Of a DNA stretch of 64,000 nt, positions 26,969 to 34,587 are shown piece after piece. Every line of letters starts with the position of its first letter. Position 1 is the stretch's first letter. Where the stretch lies: assembly GCA_024400665.1 (NCBI GenBank), contig JAKSML010000004.1:9151-73150 (forward strand). Direction: 5' to 3'. The notes beneath the pieces are model-generated. The model was not told the DNA's origin. It saw only the letters and a list, made by a program, of their open reading frames with translations, and made no database searches. Source of the stretch: Bacteroidales bacterium (GTDB taxonomy: Bacteria; Bacteroidota; Bacteroidia; Bacteroidales; P3). The translations under genes were made by a program, and so were the position numbers.

Positions 26969-27795
26969 TAAAAAAACAGCTCTTTTATCAGCGCGCGGTT
27001 GTGGAGGACGGCATTGAAGAGGCCTTCGATATTCACCTGGCTCTCGCGGCCGTCGCGGTTGACGCAGACGTTCATATAGCCGCCGGGGAGCTGCTCGGTG
27101 TAGAGGGCCTCGGGGTCGGCTGCGGAGTCGTAGTTGAAAGAGAGCTTGCTGGTGATGGCCTCGATGCTGGCGTTGAGCATCACATCGTCGTGGTTAAGGA
27201 TGATGATAGGGTCGATGAGGTTCTCGACGTCCTTGACCTGATGGGTGGAGATGATGATGGTGGTGCCCTCCTGCATACGTTTAGAGAGGAGAGTGCGAAA
27301 GTCCGACTTGGAGGGGATGTCGAGGCCGTTAGTCGGCTCGTCGAGAAGCACATAGTCCGTGCCGAGGGAGAGTGCGCAGGCGATGAGCGACTTCTTCTGC
27401 TGGCCGTAGCTCATCTCCTTGAACTTGCGCTCAGGATCCACCTCCATCTCCTGCATGAGGTGCAGGAAAGTGCCGTAGGCATACTTGGGATAGAACGGCG
27501 CCAGCTCCTTAATATAGCTCGTGGGAGTCACGTTGTCGGGCAGCGTGACGGCATCGGGCAGGAAGACAAGATTCTGCAAAAATTGCGGCAGGCGGTCGAA
27601 GCTTGCCATGCCATCCACCATGCAGAAGCCCGCCTGAGGCCGCTGGAGGCCGCTGATAATCTTCAAGAGCGTCGTCTTGCCCACCCCGTTCTCGCCAAGG
27701 AGGCCGTAGATGTTGCCCGGCTCAAAAGTGAGACTGATGTTGTGGAAAACGGGCGTTTTCTTGTAGCTGAAATCCAAATTTCTAATTTCTATCAT
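26968..27795 (-). CDS. ABC transporter ATP-binding protein
   Basis: Start set at MIEIRNLDFSY. Walker A is GLLGENGVGKTTLL, the signature is MSYGQQKK, and Walker B is YVLLDEPTNGLD. Confidence 0.9.
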   Translation of the reverse strand: MIEIRNLDFSYKKTPVFHNISLTFEPGNIYGLLGENGVGKTTLLKIISGLQRPQAGFCMVDGMASFDRLPQFLQNLVFLPDAVTLPDNVTPTSYIKELAPFYPKYAYGTFLHLMQEMEVDPERKFKEMSYGQQKKSLIACALSLGTDYVLLDEPTNGLDIPSKSDFRTLLSKRMQEGTTIIISTHQVKDVENLIDPIIILNHDDVMLNASIEAITSKLSFNYDSAADPEALYTEQLPGGYMNVCVNRDGRESQVNIEGLFNAVLHNRALIKELFF

Positions 27796-27888
27796 AAGTC
27801 TGTGTGTTATATTGTTTGCGTTTAATCTATTATTTCTCTGTTCGTTATCTGTATTATTGTTTATGTGTATTAGATTACTAACACACTG

Positions 27889-27896
27889 CAAATGTA
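27889..27896 (-). promoter_or_regulatory. -7 promoter box TACATTTG (minus strand) for the ABC/GntR operon
   Basis: Plus strand reads caaatgta, 94 nt upstream of the ATG at 27795. Confidence 0.4.
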
Positions 27897-28111
27897 ATAC
27901 TTTTTTTTGACATGGCAAATTTTTTTTCGCACTTCGGCAAAATTTAACATTTCGCACCTCGAAAATCCGCCTCGGAAAACAACAAGTAAAAAATTATCAG
28001 AAAATATTTCACAAATTTATACAATAATATAGAGCAAATGTCGTTTATAGGATTTATATAGCGTGATTTCGCTATTGAAATAATGAATATAAAAAAATAA
28101 CAATACACATT

Positions 28112-28996
28112 ATGGCAGAAAAATCTTTCGGCAACAGCTACGACCACAACGCCACCCGCCGCTTCTTCGGCAAATGGTGGAAACTGCTCCTCTGGGTATT
28201 CATCCTCGCCTTGATAGGCTCCGTGGTGGTATCGCTCTGCATCACCAAACGGTATAAATCCACAGCCATCCTATTCCCCACCAACTCCAACCGCCTCAGC
28301 AAGGCCATCATGGACTACCACTACAGTCTCGACTTCATGGACTACGGCATCGAGCGCGACTGCGAGTACTGCATCCAGATCCTCCTCTCCGAATCCATGG
28401 AACGCGATGTCTGCAAACGCTTCAACCTCATGGAGCACTACGGCATCAGCCCCGACGACCCCATCAAGATGTTCAAGCTGCATGAGCAGTACCGCGGCAA
28501 CGTGAACGTGAAGCGCACCGAATACCTCGGCGTCGAAGTCTCCGTGCTCGACGTCGATCCGCAGTGGGCTGCCGACATGGCCAACTTCATCGCCGCCAAC
28601 TACGACTCCGTGTGCCACCGCATACACCATGCCCGCGCCTGCAACGCCGCCGACATCATGCAGGGCGTGTGCGACAGCCTCGGCCTCGAAATACAGCTCC
28701 TCCAGGACAGCCTCAAGCGCAACCCCCAGTACACCCTCGGTCTCACTCAGCTCATCAACGAGAAATGCCATGAGCTCGCCGACCTCGAAACCCGCGCCGC
28801 TCAGACCAAGGTGGATATGAACGAGAGCGTGAGCTATAAGTTCCTCCTCGACGAGGCCGTGGCATCCGACAAGAAAGCCTATCCCAAGCGCGCCGTCATC
28901 GTGGCTCTCGGCACCCTCGGTGCCGTCGTGATGTGCATCCTCATCCTGCTGCTCCTCGACTACGCCAAGAAGGAAGAAGAACTTGTAGAAGCGTAG
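28112..28996 (+). CDS. Wzz/chain-length-determinant-like bitopic membrane protein
   Basis: 294-aa ORF with an N-terminal TM (LLLWVFILALIGSVVVSLCI), a coiled periplasmic region and a C-terminal TM (VIVALGTLGAVVMCILILLLL). It sits next to an O-antigen-ligase-like gene. Confidence 0.5.
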   Translation: MAEKSFGNSYDHNATRRFFGKWWKLLLWVFILALIGSVVVSLCITKRYKSTAILFPTNSNRLSKAIMDYHYSLDFMDYGIERDCEYCIQILLSESMERDVCKRFNLMEHYGISPDDPIKMFKLHEQYRGNVNVKRTEYLGVEVSVLDVDPQWAADMANFIAANYDSVCHRIHHARACNAADIMQGVCDSLGLEIQLLQDSLKRNPQYTLGLTQLINEKCHELADLETRAAQTKVDMNESVSYKFLLDEAVASDKKAYPKRAVIVALGTLGAVVMCILILLLLDYAKKEEELVEA

Positions 28997-29020
28997 CCCC
29001 TCCCCTATTATACCTTATAT

Positions 29021-30535
29021 ATGTCGTTCCCGAACTGGCTTAAGAAGAACAAGGCTGCCGTCATCGCCATCGCGCTGACGCTCTGCTTTGCCGTGGCCAA
29101 TTCCATCCTCCTCCTCAAGGACTTCTACTACCTCTCCCTCCTGCCCCTCGCCGGGCTGGTGCTGCTGCTCTTCATCACCAAGTTCGAGACAGGACTCCTC
29201 TGCATGGCGCTCCTCACCCCCTTTGCCATCGACATGGCCCTCTTCCCCAAGATGGAACTCTCCATGCCCGTAGAGCCGATGATGATACTCTTCACGCTGA
29301 TGTTCTTCTTCCGCGTGCTCGCCAGCCGCAGCTACGACCTACGCCTCTTGCGCCATCCCGTGAGCATAGCCCTCCTCGCCTCGCTGGCATGGATGCTCAT
29401 CACCTCCTGCACCTCGTCGATACCCCTCGTGTCGTTCAAATACCTCCTCGCCCGCCTCTGGTTCGTGGTGCCCTTCTTCTTCGCCGCCGCGCAAATCTTC
29501 CGCGACAAGAGCCGCATACGCCAGTTCTTCTGGTGCTACGCCATCGGCCTCATCGCAGTCGTGGCCATCGCCACCGCCAAGACCGTGGGCAACTTCAGCG
29601 ACCTCCAGACCCTCCACCGCGTCATGAAGCCCTTCTACAACGACCACACAGCCTACGGCTGCGTCATCGCCCTCTTCCTCCCCGCGGGCTTCTACTTCAT
29701 CTTCAGCCGCAACAGCAAAGGTTGGGCACGACTCTTCTTCCTCGCCATCTTCGCGCTCCTCGTGGTGGGACTCTTCTTCTCCTACTGCCGCGCGGCATGG
29801 CTCAGCGTGCTCGGCGCCATAGGCGTCTATGTACTCATACGCATGGGCATGAAGGTCAAATGGATGGCGCTGTTCTTCGCCCTCGGCGTAGGACTATTCT
29901 TCACCTACCAGAGCGACGTGATCTACAAGCTCGGCAAGAACCATCAGGACTCCTCCTACGACCTCCAAGGCCAGATCAAGTCCATCTCCAACATCTCCAC
30001 CGACGCCAGCAACCTCGAACGCCTCAACCGCTGGGCCTCGGCCTTCCGCATGTGGAAAGAAGACCCCATCCTCGGCTGCGGCCCCGGCACCTACCAGTTC
30101 CTCTACGCCAGCTACCAGCGCTCCTACCAGCTCTCCACCATCAGCACCAACGCTGGCAACCTCGGCAACGCCCACAGCGAATATATAGGCCCGATGACCG
30201 AGCAGGGCGTGCCAGGCGTGGCCCTCGTCATCTGTGTTTTCATGACCACCTTCGCCACAGGCGTGCGCGTCTATCGCACCGCCAAGGACAAGGTCACAGC
30301 CAACATGGCCCTCGCCTTCACCCTCAGCCTTCTCACCTATTATATCCACGGCTTCTTTAACAACTTCCTCGACACCGACAAGCTCTCAGTGCCCTTCTGG
30401 GCCTTCACCGCCATCATCGTCGCCCTCGACGTATATAGCGAGAAGCGCAGCCCAGAAGAGCCTGAGCCTCATGGGGAAGCACCTCGGCCGACCTCTTCCG
30501 CAGAGGACGCAAGCAAGCAAGCAAGCATCAAATAA
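29021..30535 (+). CDS. O-antigen ligase/polymerase family (Wzy_C-like) membrane protein
   Basis: 504-aa ORF with more than 10 TM helices. It has a large loop with the typical block NLERLNRW..A..M....P..G.G.G and AHSEY. Confidence 0.7.
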   Translation: MSFPNWLKKNKAAVIAIALTLCFAVANSILLLKDFYYLSLLPLAGLVLLLFITKFETGLLCMALLTPFAIDMALFPKMELSMPVEPMMILFTLMFFFRVLASRSYDLRLLRHPVSIALLASLAWMLITSCTSSIPLVSFKYLLARLWFVVPFFFAAAQIFRDKSRIRQFFWCYAIGLIAVVAIATAKTVGNFSDLQTLHRVMKPFYNDHTAYGCVIALFLPAGFYFIFSRNSKGWARLFFLAIFALLVVGLFFSYCRAAWLSVLGAIGVYVLIRMGMKVKWMALFFALGVGLFFTYQSDVIYKLGKNHQDSSYDLQGQIKSISNISTDASNLERLNRWASAFRMWKEDPILGCGPGTYQFLYASYQRSYQLSTISTNAGNLGNAHSEYIGPMTEQGVPGVALVICVFMTTFATGVRVYRTAKDKVTANMALAFTLSLLTYYIHGFFNNFLDTDKLSVPFWAFTAIIVALDVYSEKRSPEEPEPHGEAPRPTSSAEDASKQASIK

Positions 30536-30542
30536 CCGCAGC

Positions 30543-31121
30543 ATGAACATAAAACGCAACCTCATAATTGCCAGCATCCTGTGCCTCTTCGGCCTCACCG
30601 CAGCCGCACAGAGCCACGACTCCGTGCTCATCCCCACCCTTCAGCAGGCCATCGACAGCATCCAGGCCGAGCCCGACAGCGCCGACCTCCTCATCGACGA
30701 GGCCCGCAAGCACCTCGGCGCCCCCTATCACTACGGCGGCAAAGGACCCCGCAGCTTCGACTGCGCCGGCTTCGCACGCTACTGCTACCTCAAGATGTTC
30801 GGCATCACCCTGCCCCCAAGCAGCGGCGCACAGTATAACGTAGGCCACCGCATCAAGAAACGCACAGAGCTGCAGCGCGGCGACCTCGTCTTCTTCCAAG
30901 GCCGCTCCGGCCACGGCGGTGTTGGCCACACCGGCATCGTTACCGAGGTCGATACCAATACGGGCGTCTTCCGCTTCATCCATGCCGCCACCTCCACAGG
31001 CGTCATCCATTCCTACTCCACCGAGGCCTACTACTCCCGCCGCTACATCGGCGCCACACGCATCCTCGGCGACCGCCGCAAGCCCGAAGCCCCCCTCCCT
31101 TCTCGCAGCAAGAAACGCTGA
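30543..31121 (+). CDS. NlpC/P60 (C40) family peptidoglycan peptidase
   Basis: Start set at MNIKRNLIIASILCLFGLTAAAQ (signal peptide). The catalytic Cys block is FDCAGFARYCY and the His block is GHTGIVT. Confidence 0.85.
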   Translation: MNIKRNLIIASILCLFGLTAAAQSHDSVLIPTLQQAIDSIQAEPDSADLLIDEARKHLGAPYHYGGKGPRSFDCAGFARYCYLKMFGITLPPSSGAQYNVGHRIKKRTELQRGDLVFFQGRSGHGGVGHTGIVTEVDTNTGVFRFIHAATSTGVIHSYSTEAYYSRRYIGATRILGDRRKPEAPLPSRSKKR

Positions 31122-31167
31122 CCCTCCCTTCCCTCCTACCCGCACAATAGGGTTTCAATCCTGCCTC

Positions 31168-31268
31168 ACCCTTGACTTATCCTTGCCTCACCCTTGACTT
31201 ATCCTTGACTTACCCTTGACTTAGCCTTGACTCACCCTTGACTTATCCTTGACTCACTTTTGACTCGC
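31168..31268. repeat. Tandem array, 9 x 11-bp unit (yccttgactya)
   Basis: Read directly: cccttgactta tccttgcctca cccttgactta tccttgactta cccttgactta gccttgactca cccttgactta tccttgactca cttttgactcg. Confidence 0.85.
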
Positions 31269-31433
31269 TCGTTAGAGAGGAGTGATAAGGAATGGTCTTG
31301 CGGTGGTGGGGCTTTGGGGGAGTATCTTTTTTTATGATTATCCGCAATTGCTGCTAACAAATGGGGTCTTTGAGGTGCGCACGGGAGATGGCGGATTTTT
31401 AACATTTGGAGTTAGAAATAAATTTTTTTTCAG

Positions 31434-31490
31434 TCCTTACTTTGACCTTACTTTGACCTTACTTTGACCTTACTTTGACCTTACTTTCTC
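31434..31490. repeat. Tandem array, 5 x 11-bp unit (ccttactttga)
   Basis: Read directly: ccttactttga x4 followed by ccttactttct. Confidence 0.85.
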
Positions 31491-31650
31491 CCTAAGCAGT
31501 ATATGTTAAATAATGCTTTGATAGGGAGGTTTTTTTTTACATTCCGGCTGTTTTCTCTTTATCTTTTTTAAGAAATTCACACCTCTTTTTCAGCACTTGT
31601 TGCATTTGTTACTTGAACTTAAGCTCGACTTATCTCCTTTTCAGGAATGT

Positions 31651-31676
31651 AAAAAAAAGCCCCTCGCAAGAGGAGC
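31651..31676 (-). terminator. Rho-independent terminator downstream of the 61-aa ORF
   Basis: The minus strand reads gctcctc-ttgc-gaggggc followed by T8. Confidence 0.65.
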
Positions 31677-31761
31677 CTTTCTTTGTCGATTACATTTTTA
31701 AAGACGGAAAAATTAAATAGGGAGACATAATAATGCCTCCCTAAAATGGAAAATCTGCAAT

Positions 31762-31947
31762 TTATCCCCTATTCTTAGCCTCTTCCGTTGCAATTTTGAA
31801 TGCTTCATTTTTCTCGTAAACACTATCATTACGATAGGTAGCTGTGCCCACATAAGTACGATCGTTTTCATCCTTAGCAGTTACGATTACTTCTGTATAT
31901 GAACCATTATCTACTTCATGGATTTCAGTTATTGTTCTGTCTGACAT
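31762..31947 (-). CDS. Small hypothetical protein (61 aa) in an AT-rich islet
   Basis: An ATG is preceded by GGGGGGAATTAAT (SD-like G-run). It is followed by a hairpin (tagggag..ctcccta) and a terminator. The composition is acidic/polar and not low-complexity. No family was recognised. Confidence 0.4.
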   Translation of the reverse strand: MSDRTITEIHEVDNGSYTEVIVTAKDENDRTYVGTATYRNDSVYEKNEAFKIATEEAKNRG

Positions 31948-32078
31948 ATTAATTCCCCCCTGTTATACACCATCGGGGCCGTCGGCTTTGATTGATATAT
32001 TAAATTGTGTTGTTGTGCCAACTGATTTGGGAGTGAGGCGCACATAAAAAAGCGTGGCACATTTCTTCGCTTTCATTA

Positions 32079-32203
32079 GACATCTAACGGTCTTCCACAA
32101 CCTAATCATCCTAACTACAACGAGTAAAGTCCACGCCTTACGGCGGGAGCTCCGTTGCTTTACTCAAGGATGATTGAATTTAATGTGGAAGTTTTCAGAT
32201 GTC
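32079..32203 (-). ncRNA. Candidate structured RNA / long imperfect hairpin (5 nested helices, GNRA apex on minus strand)
   Basis: The nested pairings are gacatct/agatgtc, cttccaca/tgtggaag, atcatcct/aggatgat, gagtaaag/ctttactc and cgcc/ggcg. The apical loop reads GUAA on the minus strand. It lies ~130 nt upstream of, and on the same strand as, the 61-aa ORF. Confidence 0.3.
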
Positions 32204-32335
32204 CTTTGTCAAGCTACTTTGCTTTTCCTATATGTCTTACAATGTGCGTGTCAATTATATGCTATGCTTCATTGGCAGATTTGTTGGTGAATACTTTGTT
32301 TGTTCTCTGTTTTCGGACGGTTTGTCCTATTTTTT

Positions 32336-32415
32336 AATTGAGAATTGAGAATTGAGAATTGAGAATTTGGGCGGGGACCGGCGTTTGTATTGTCAATTCA
32401 CTATTCACTATTCAC
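32336..32415. repeat. REP-like intergenic module (aattgag x4 - tgggcggggaccggcg - gtcaattcactattcactattcac)
   Basis: Read directly. The arms are the reverse complement of those at 26866-26968. The core resembles those at 35950-35975 and 15384-15402. Confidence 0.75.
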
Positions 32416-32421
32416 AGGTTC

Positions 32422-34296
32422 TTATTTCTTCTTGCCGAGGCCGAGGCTGGGGAGTTCTACGCCACGGAAGGCGGAGAGGATGCCGCTGGGGGCGGGAGCC
32501 TCTTTGCCGTAGATTTCGGCGATGAGGGGTTTGTATTTCTCCATGAGCACGTTGCGCTTAATCTTGAGCGTGGGCGAGAGGAGTCCGTTAGCGGAGGTCC
32601 ATTCGTCGGCGACGAGGCGGAAGCTCTTGATCTGCTCGTGGGCGGCAAAGGAGGGGTTGATTTGGTCGATGACCTTCTTGAACTTTTCGCGGGTCTCGGG
32701 GAGGTTGAGGAGCTGCTGGTTGTCGCGGTAGTGGAGGTGGTATTTGAGTGCCCAGTAGTGGAGGGTGTTGAAGTTGGGGGAGATGATGACGGCGGCGCTC
32801 TTCTCGTTCTCGCCCACGACCATGGCTTGCTCGATGTATTCGGATTCGCGGAGCTTGTTTTCGAGGAGCTGGGGGGCGATGTACTTGCCGGCGGAGAGTT
32901 TGAAGATGTCCTTCTTGCGGTCGGTGATGCGGAGGTAGTGGGTGCCGGTGATGGTGGTGTCGAACTGGCCTACGTCGCCAGTGTGGAACCAGCCGTCTTG
33001 GTCGATGACCTGCGCGGTGGTCTCGGGGTCTTTGTAGTAGCCGAGCATGACGTGGGGGCCGCGGGTGAGGATTTCACCATCGTCGGCGAACTTGACTTCT
33101 ACGCCGCTGAGGACGGGACCGACGGTGCCGATCTTGACGGCGTTGTGGACGGGGTCGTTGACGGCGATGACGGGGGAGGTCTCGGAGAGTCCGTAGCCTT
33201 CGTAGATGTTGATGCCGGCGGCGGCGAAGGTGCGTATCATGCGGGGCTGTATGGAGGAGGAGCCTGTGATGACGATGAGACGGTTGCCGCCGAAGCGCTC
33301 GCGCCAGTGGCGATAGACCATGCGGTCGAAGAAGAGCTGGGAGAGCTGGTAGCCGAGGGAGACTTTCTTAATGAGGGTGTAGTCGTAGCGGGCGCCGTGC
33401 TTGAAGGCGCGGGTGTATATCTTCTTCTTGAGGCCTGTGAAGTCTTTGCCTGCGGCATAGAGTTTGTCGTAGAACATCTCCAGCACGCGGGGGACGGCGC
33501 AGAAGCCGTTGGCGTGGATCTCGGCGAGGTTCTGCTGGATGGTGCCCATGCTCTCGGCATAGTAGATGCTGACGCCTTTGAACTGGAAGTGGTAGTTCAT
33601 GCTGCGCTCGTACATGTGGTTGAGCGGCAGGAAGCTGAGGACGCGGCAGGTGCTGTCCATGGGGTTGACGCGGGCGTGGGCGAGGAAGTTGGAGCAGAGG
33701 TTGCGATGGGAGAGCATGACGCCTTTGGGCTGGCCTGTGGTGCCGGAGGTGTAGATTAGGGTGCACCAGTCTTCGGGCTTGATGGTGGCCTTGAGCTGCT
33801 CGACGATGGGCTCGTTCTTCTCACGGGAAGCGATGCCGGCCTTGAGGATTTCGAGCATACGGTGTTCGCCCTCAATCTGGGTGAGGGTGTAGATGGTGGG
33901 GGCATCTTCGCCCAGGCGTTCGAGGGCTGGGCGGATGCGGCGCAGGAGGATGTTGCTGCTGACGAAGAGGCAGGCGGCCTCGCTGTGGCGGAGGATGTGC
34001 TCGTAGTTATCGACGCTCAGCGTGGGATAGATGGGCACATGGATGATGCCGGTGAGGGCGAGGGCCATGTCGATGAAGTTCCACTCGGGGCAGTTGGTGG
34101 ACATGGTGATGACCTTGTCGCCGGGCTTGAGCCCTATTTCGAGGAGGCCGTAGGCCAGATAATGCGAATATTTATAATAGTCGCGGGTGCTATATTTTGT
34201 CCATTCACCTTTCTCTTTGCAGGCCAAGATATCCTCTTTGTCGGGATAATTGGTCGTGAGATGGTCTAACAGGTCAAAAGTTCGTGTTATTTCCAT
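32422..34296 (-). CDS. Long-chain fatty acid--CoA ligase (AMP-binding enzyme)
   Basis: Start set at MEITRTFDLLDH. The AMP-binding motif is LIYTSGTTGQPKGV, with later blocks GYGLSETSP and TGDVG. The upstream 83 codons of the ORF cross the promoter region. Confidence 0.9.
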   Translation of the reverse strand: MEITRTFDLLDHLTTNYPDKEDILACKEKGEWTKYSTRDYYKYSHYLAYGLLEIGLKPGDKVITMSTNCPEWNFIDMALALTGIIHVPIYPTLSVDNYEHILRHSEAACLFVSSNILLRRIRPALERLGEDAPTIYTLTQIEGEHRMLEILKAGIASREKNEPIVEQLKATIKPEDWCTLIYTSGTTGQPKGVMLSHRNLCSNFLAHARVNPMDSTCRVLSFLPLNHMYERSMNYHFQFKGVSIYYAESMGTIQQNLAEIHANGFCAVPRVLEMFYDKLYAAGKDFTGLKKKIYTRAFKHGARYDYTLIKKVSLGYQLSQLFFDRMVYRHWRERFGGNRLIVITGSSSIQPRMIRTFAAAGINIYEGYGLSETSPVIAVNDPVHNAVKIGTVGPVLSGVEVKFADDGEILTRGPHVMLGYYKDPETTAQVIDQDGWFHTGDVGQFDTTITGTHYLRITDRKKDIFKLSAGKYIAPQLLENKLRESEYIEQAMVVGENEKSAAVIISPNFNTLHYWALKYHLHYRDNQQLLNLPETREKFKKVIDQINPSFAAHEQIKSFRLVADEWTSANGLLSPTLKIKRNVLMEKYKPLIAEIYGKEAPAPSGILSAFRGVELPSLGLGKKK

Positions 34297-34402
34297 TATT
34301 CTAATGCTAATATTTAACCGATTGAAATCAAACACAATGGCACACAAGCTCCAACAGTCTGCGGCATCATGCCCGAAGTTCCAATCTTCGAAAAACGAAA
34401 TG

Positions 34403-34410
34403 CAAAAATA
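34403..34410 (-). promoter_or_regulatory. -7 promoter box TATTTTTG (minus strand) for the acyl-CoA ligase gene
   Basis: Plus strand reads caaaaata, 107 nt upstream of the ATG at 34296. Confidence 0.45.
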
Positions 34411-34463
34411 CACATTTTTTTTCAATAATGAAGATTTTATTGCACTATGTCTGATTTTTTTTG

Positions 34464-34471
34464 TATTTTTG
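34464..34471 (+). promoter_or_regulatory. -7 promoter box TATTTTTG for trkA
   Basis: TAnnTTTG motif 117 nt upstream of the trkA ATG. The REP-like palindrome 34489-34564 lies in the predicted leader. Confidence 0.45.
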
Positions 34472-34488
34472 CAGCCGCGAAAATCATT

Positions 34489-34564
34489 GATAATTGAAAA
34501 TTGAAAATTGAAAATTAGGGCGGTAGCCGTCGTTTTAATTATCAATTTTCAATTATCAAGTATC
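34489..34564. repeat. REP-like intergenic module (gataattgaaaattgaaaatt - agggcggtagccgtcg - aattatcaattttcaattatc)
   Basis: The arms are 20/21 inverted complements. Confidence 0.75.
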
Positions 34565-34587
34565 AGTATAATTATCATCAAAGACCC

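Noticed and set aside
31168-31490. Tandem arrays considered as a possible CRISPR array.
   Set aside because: The units are only 11 bp and directly abutting, with no spacers, and there are no cas genes in the window.
32155-32337. Hydrophobic 60-aa plus-strand ORF overlapping the 3' half of the long hairpin, a possible type I toxin with antisense RNA.
   Set aside because: It starts at a TTG inside the hairpin and has no promoter or RBS. Cys/Phe-rich hydrophobicity is expected from translating T-rich DNA. No evidence exists beyond the ORF itself.
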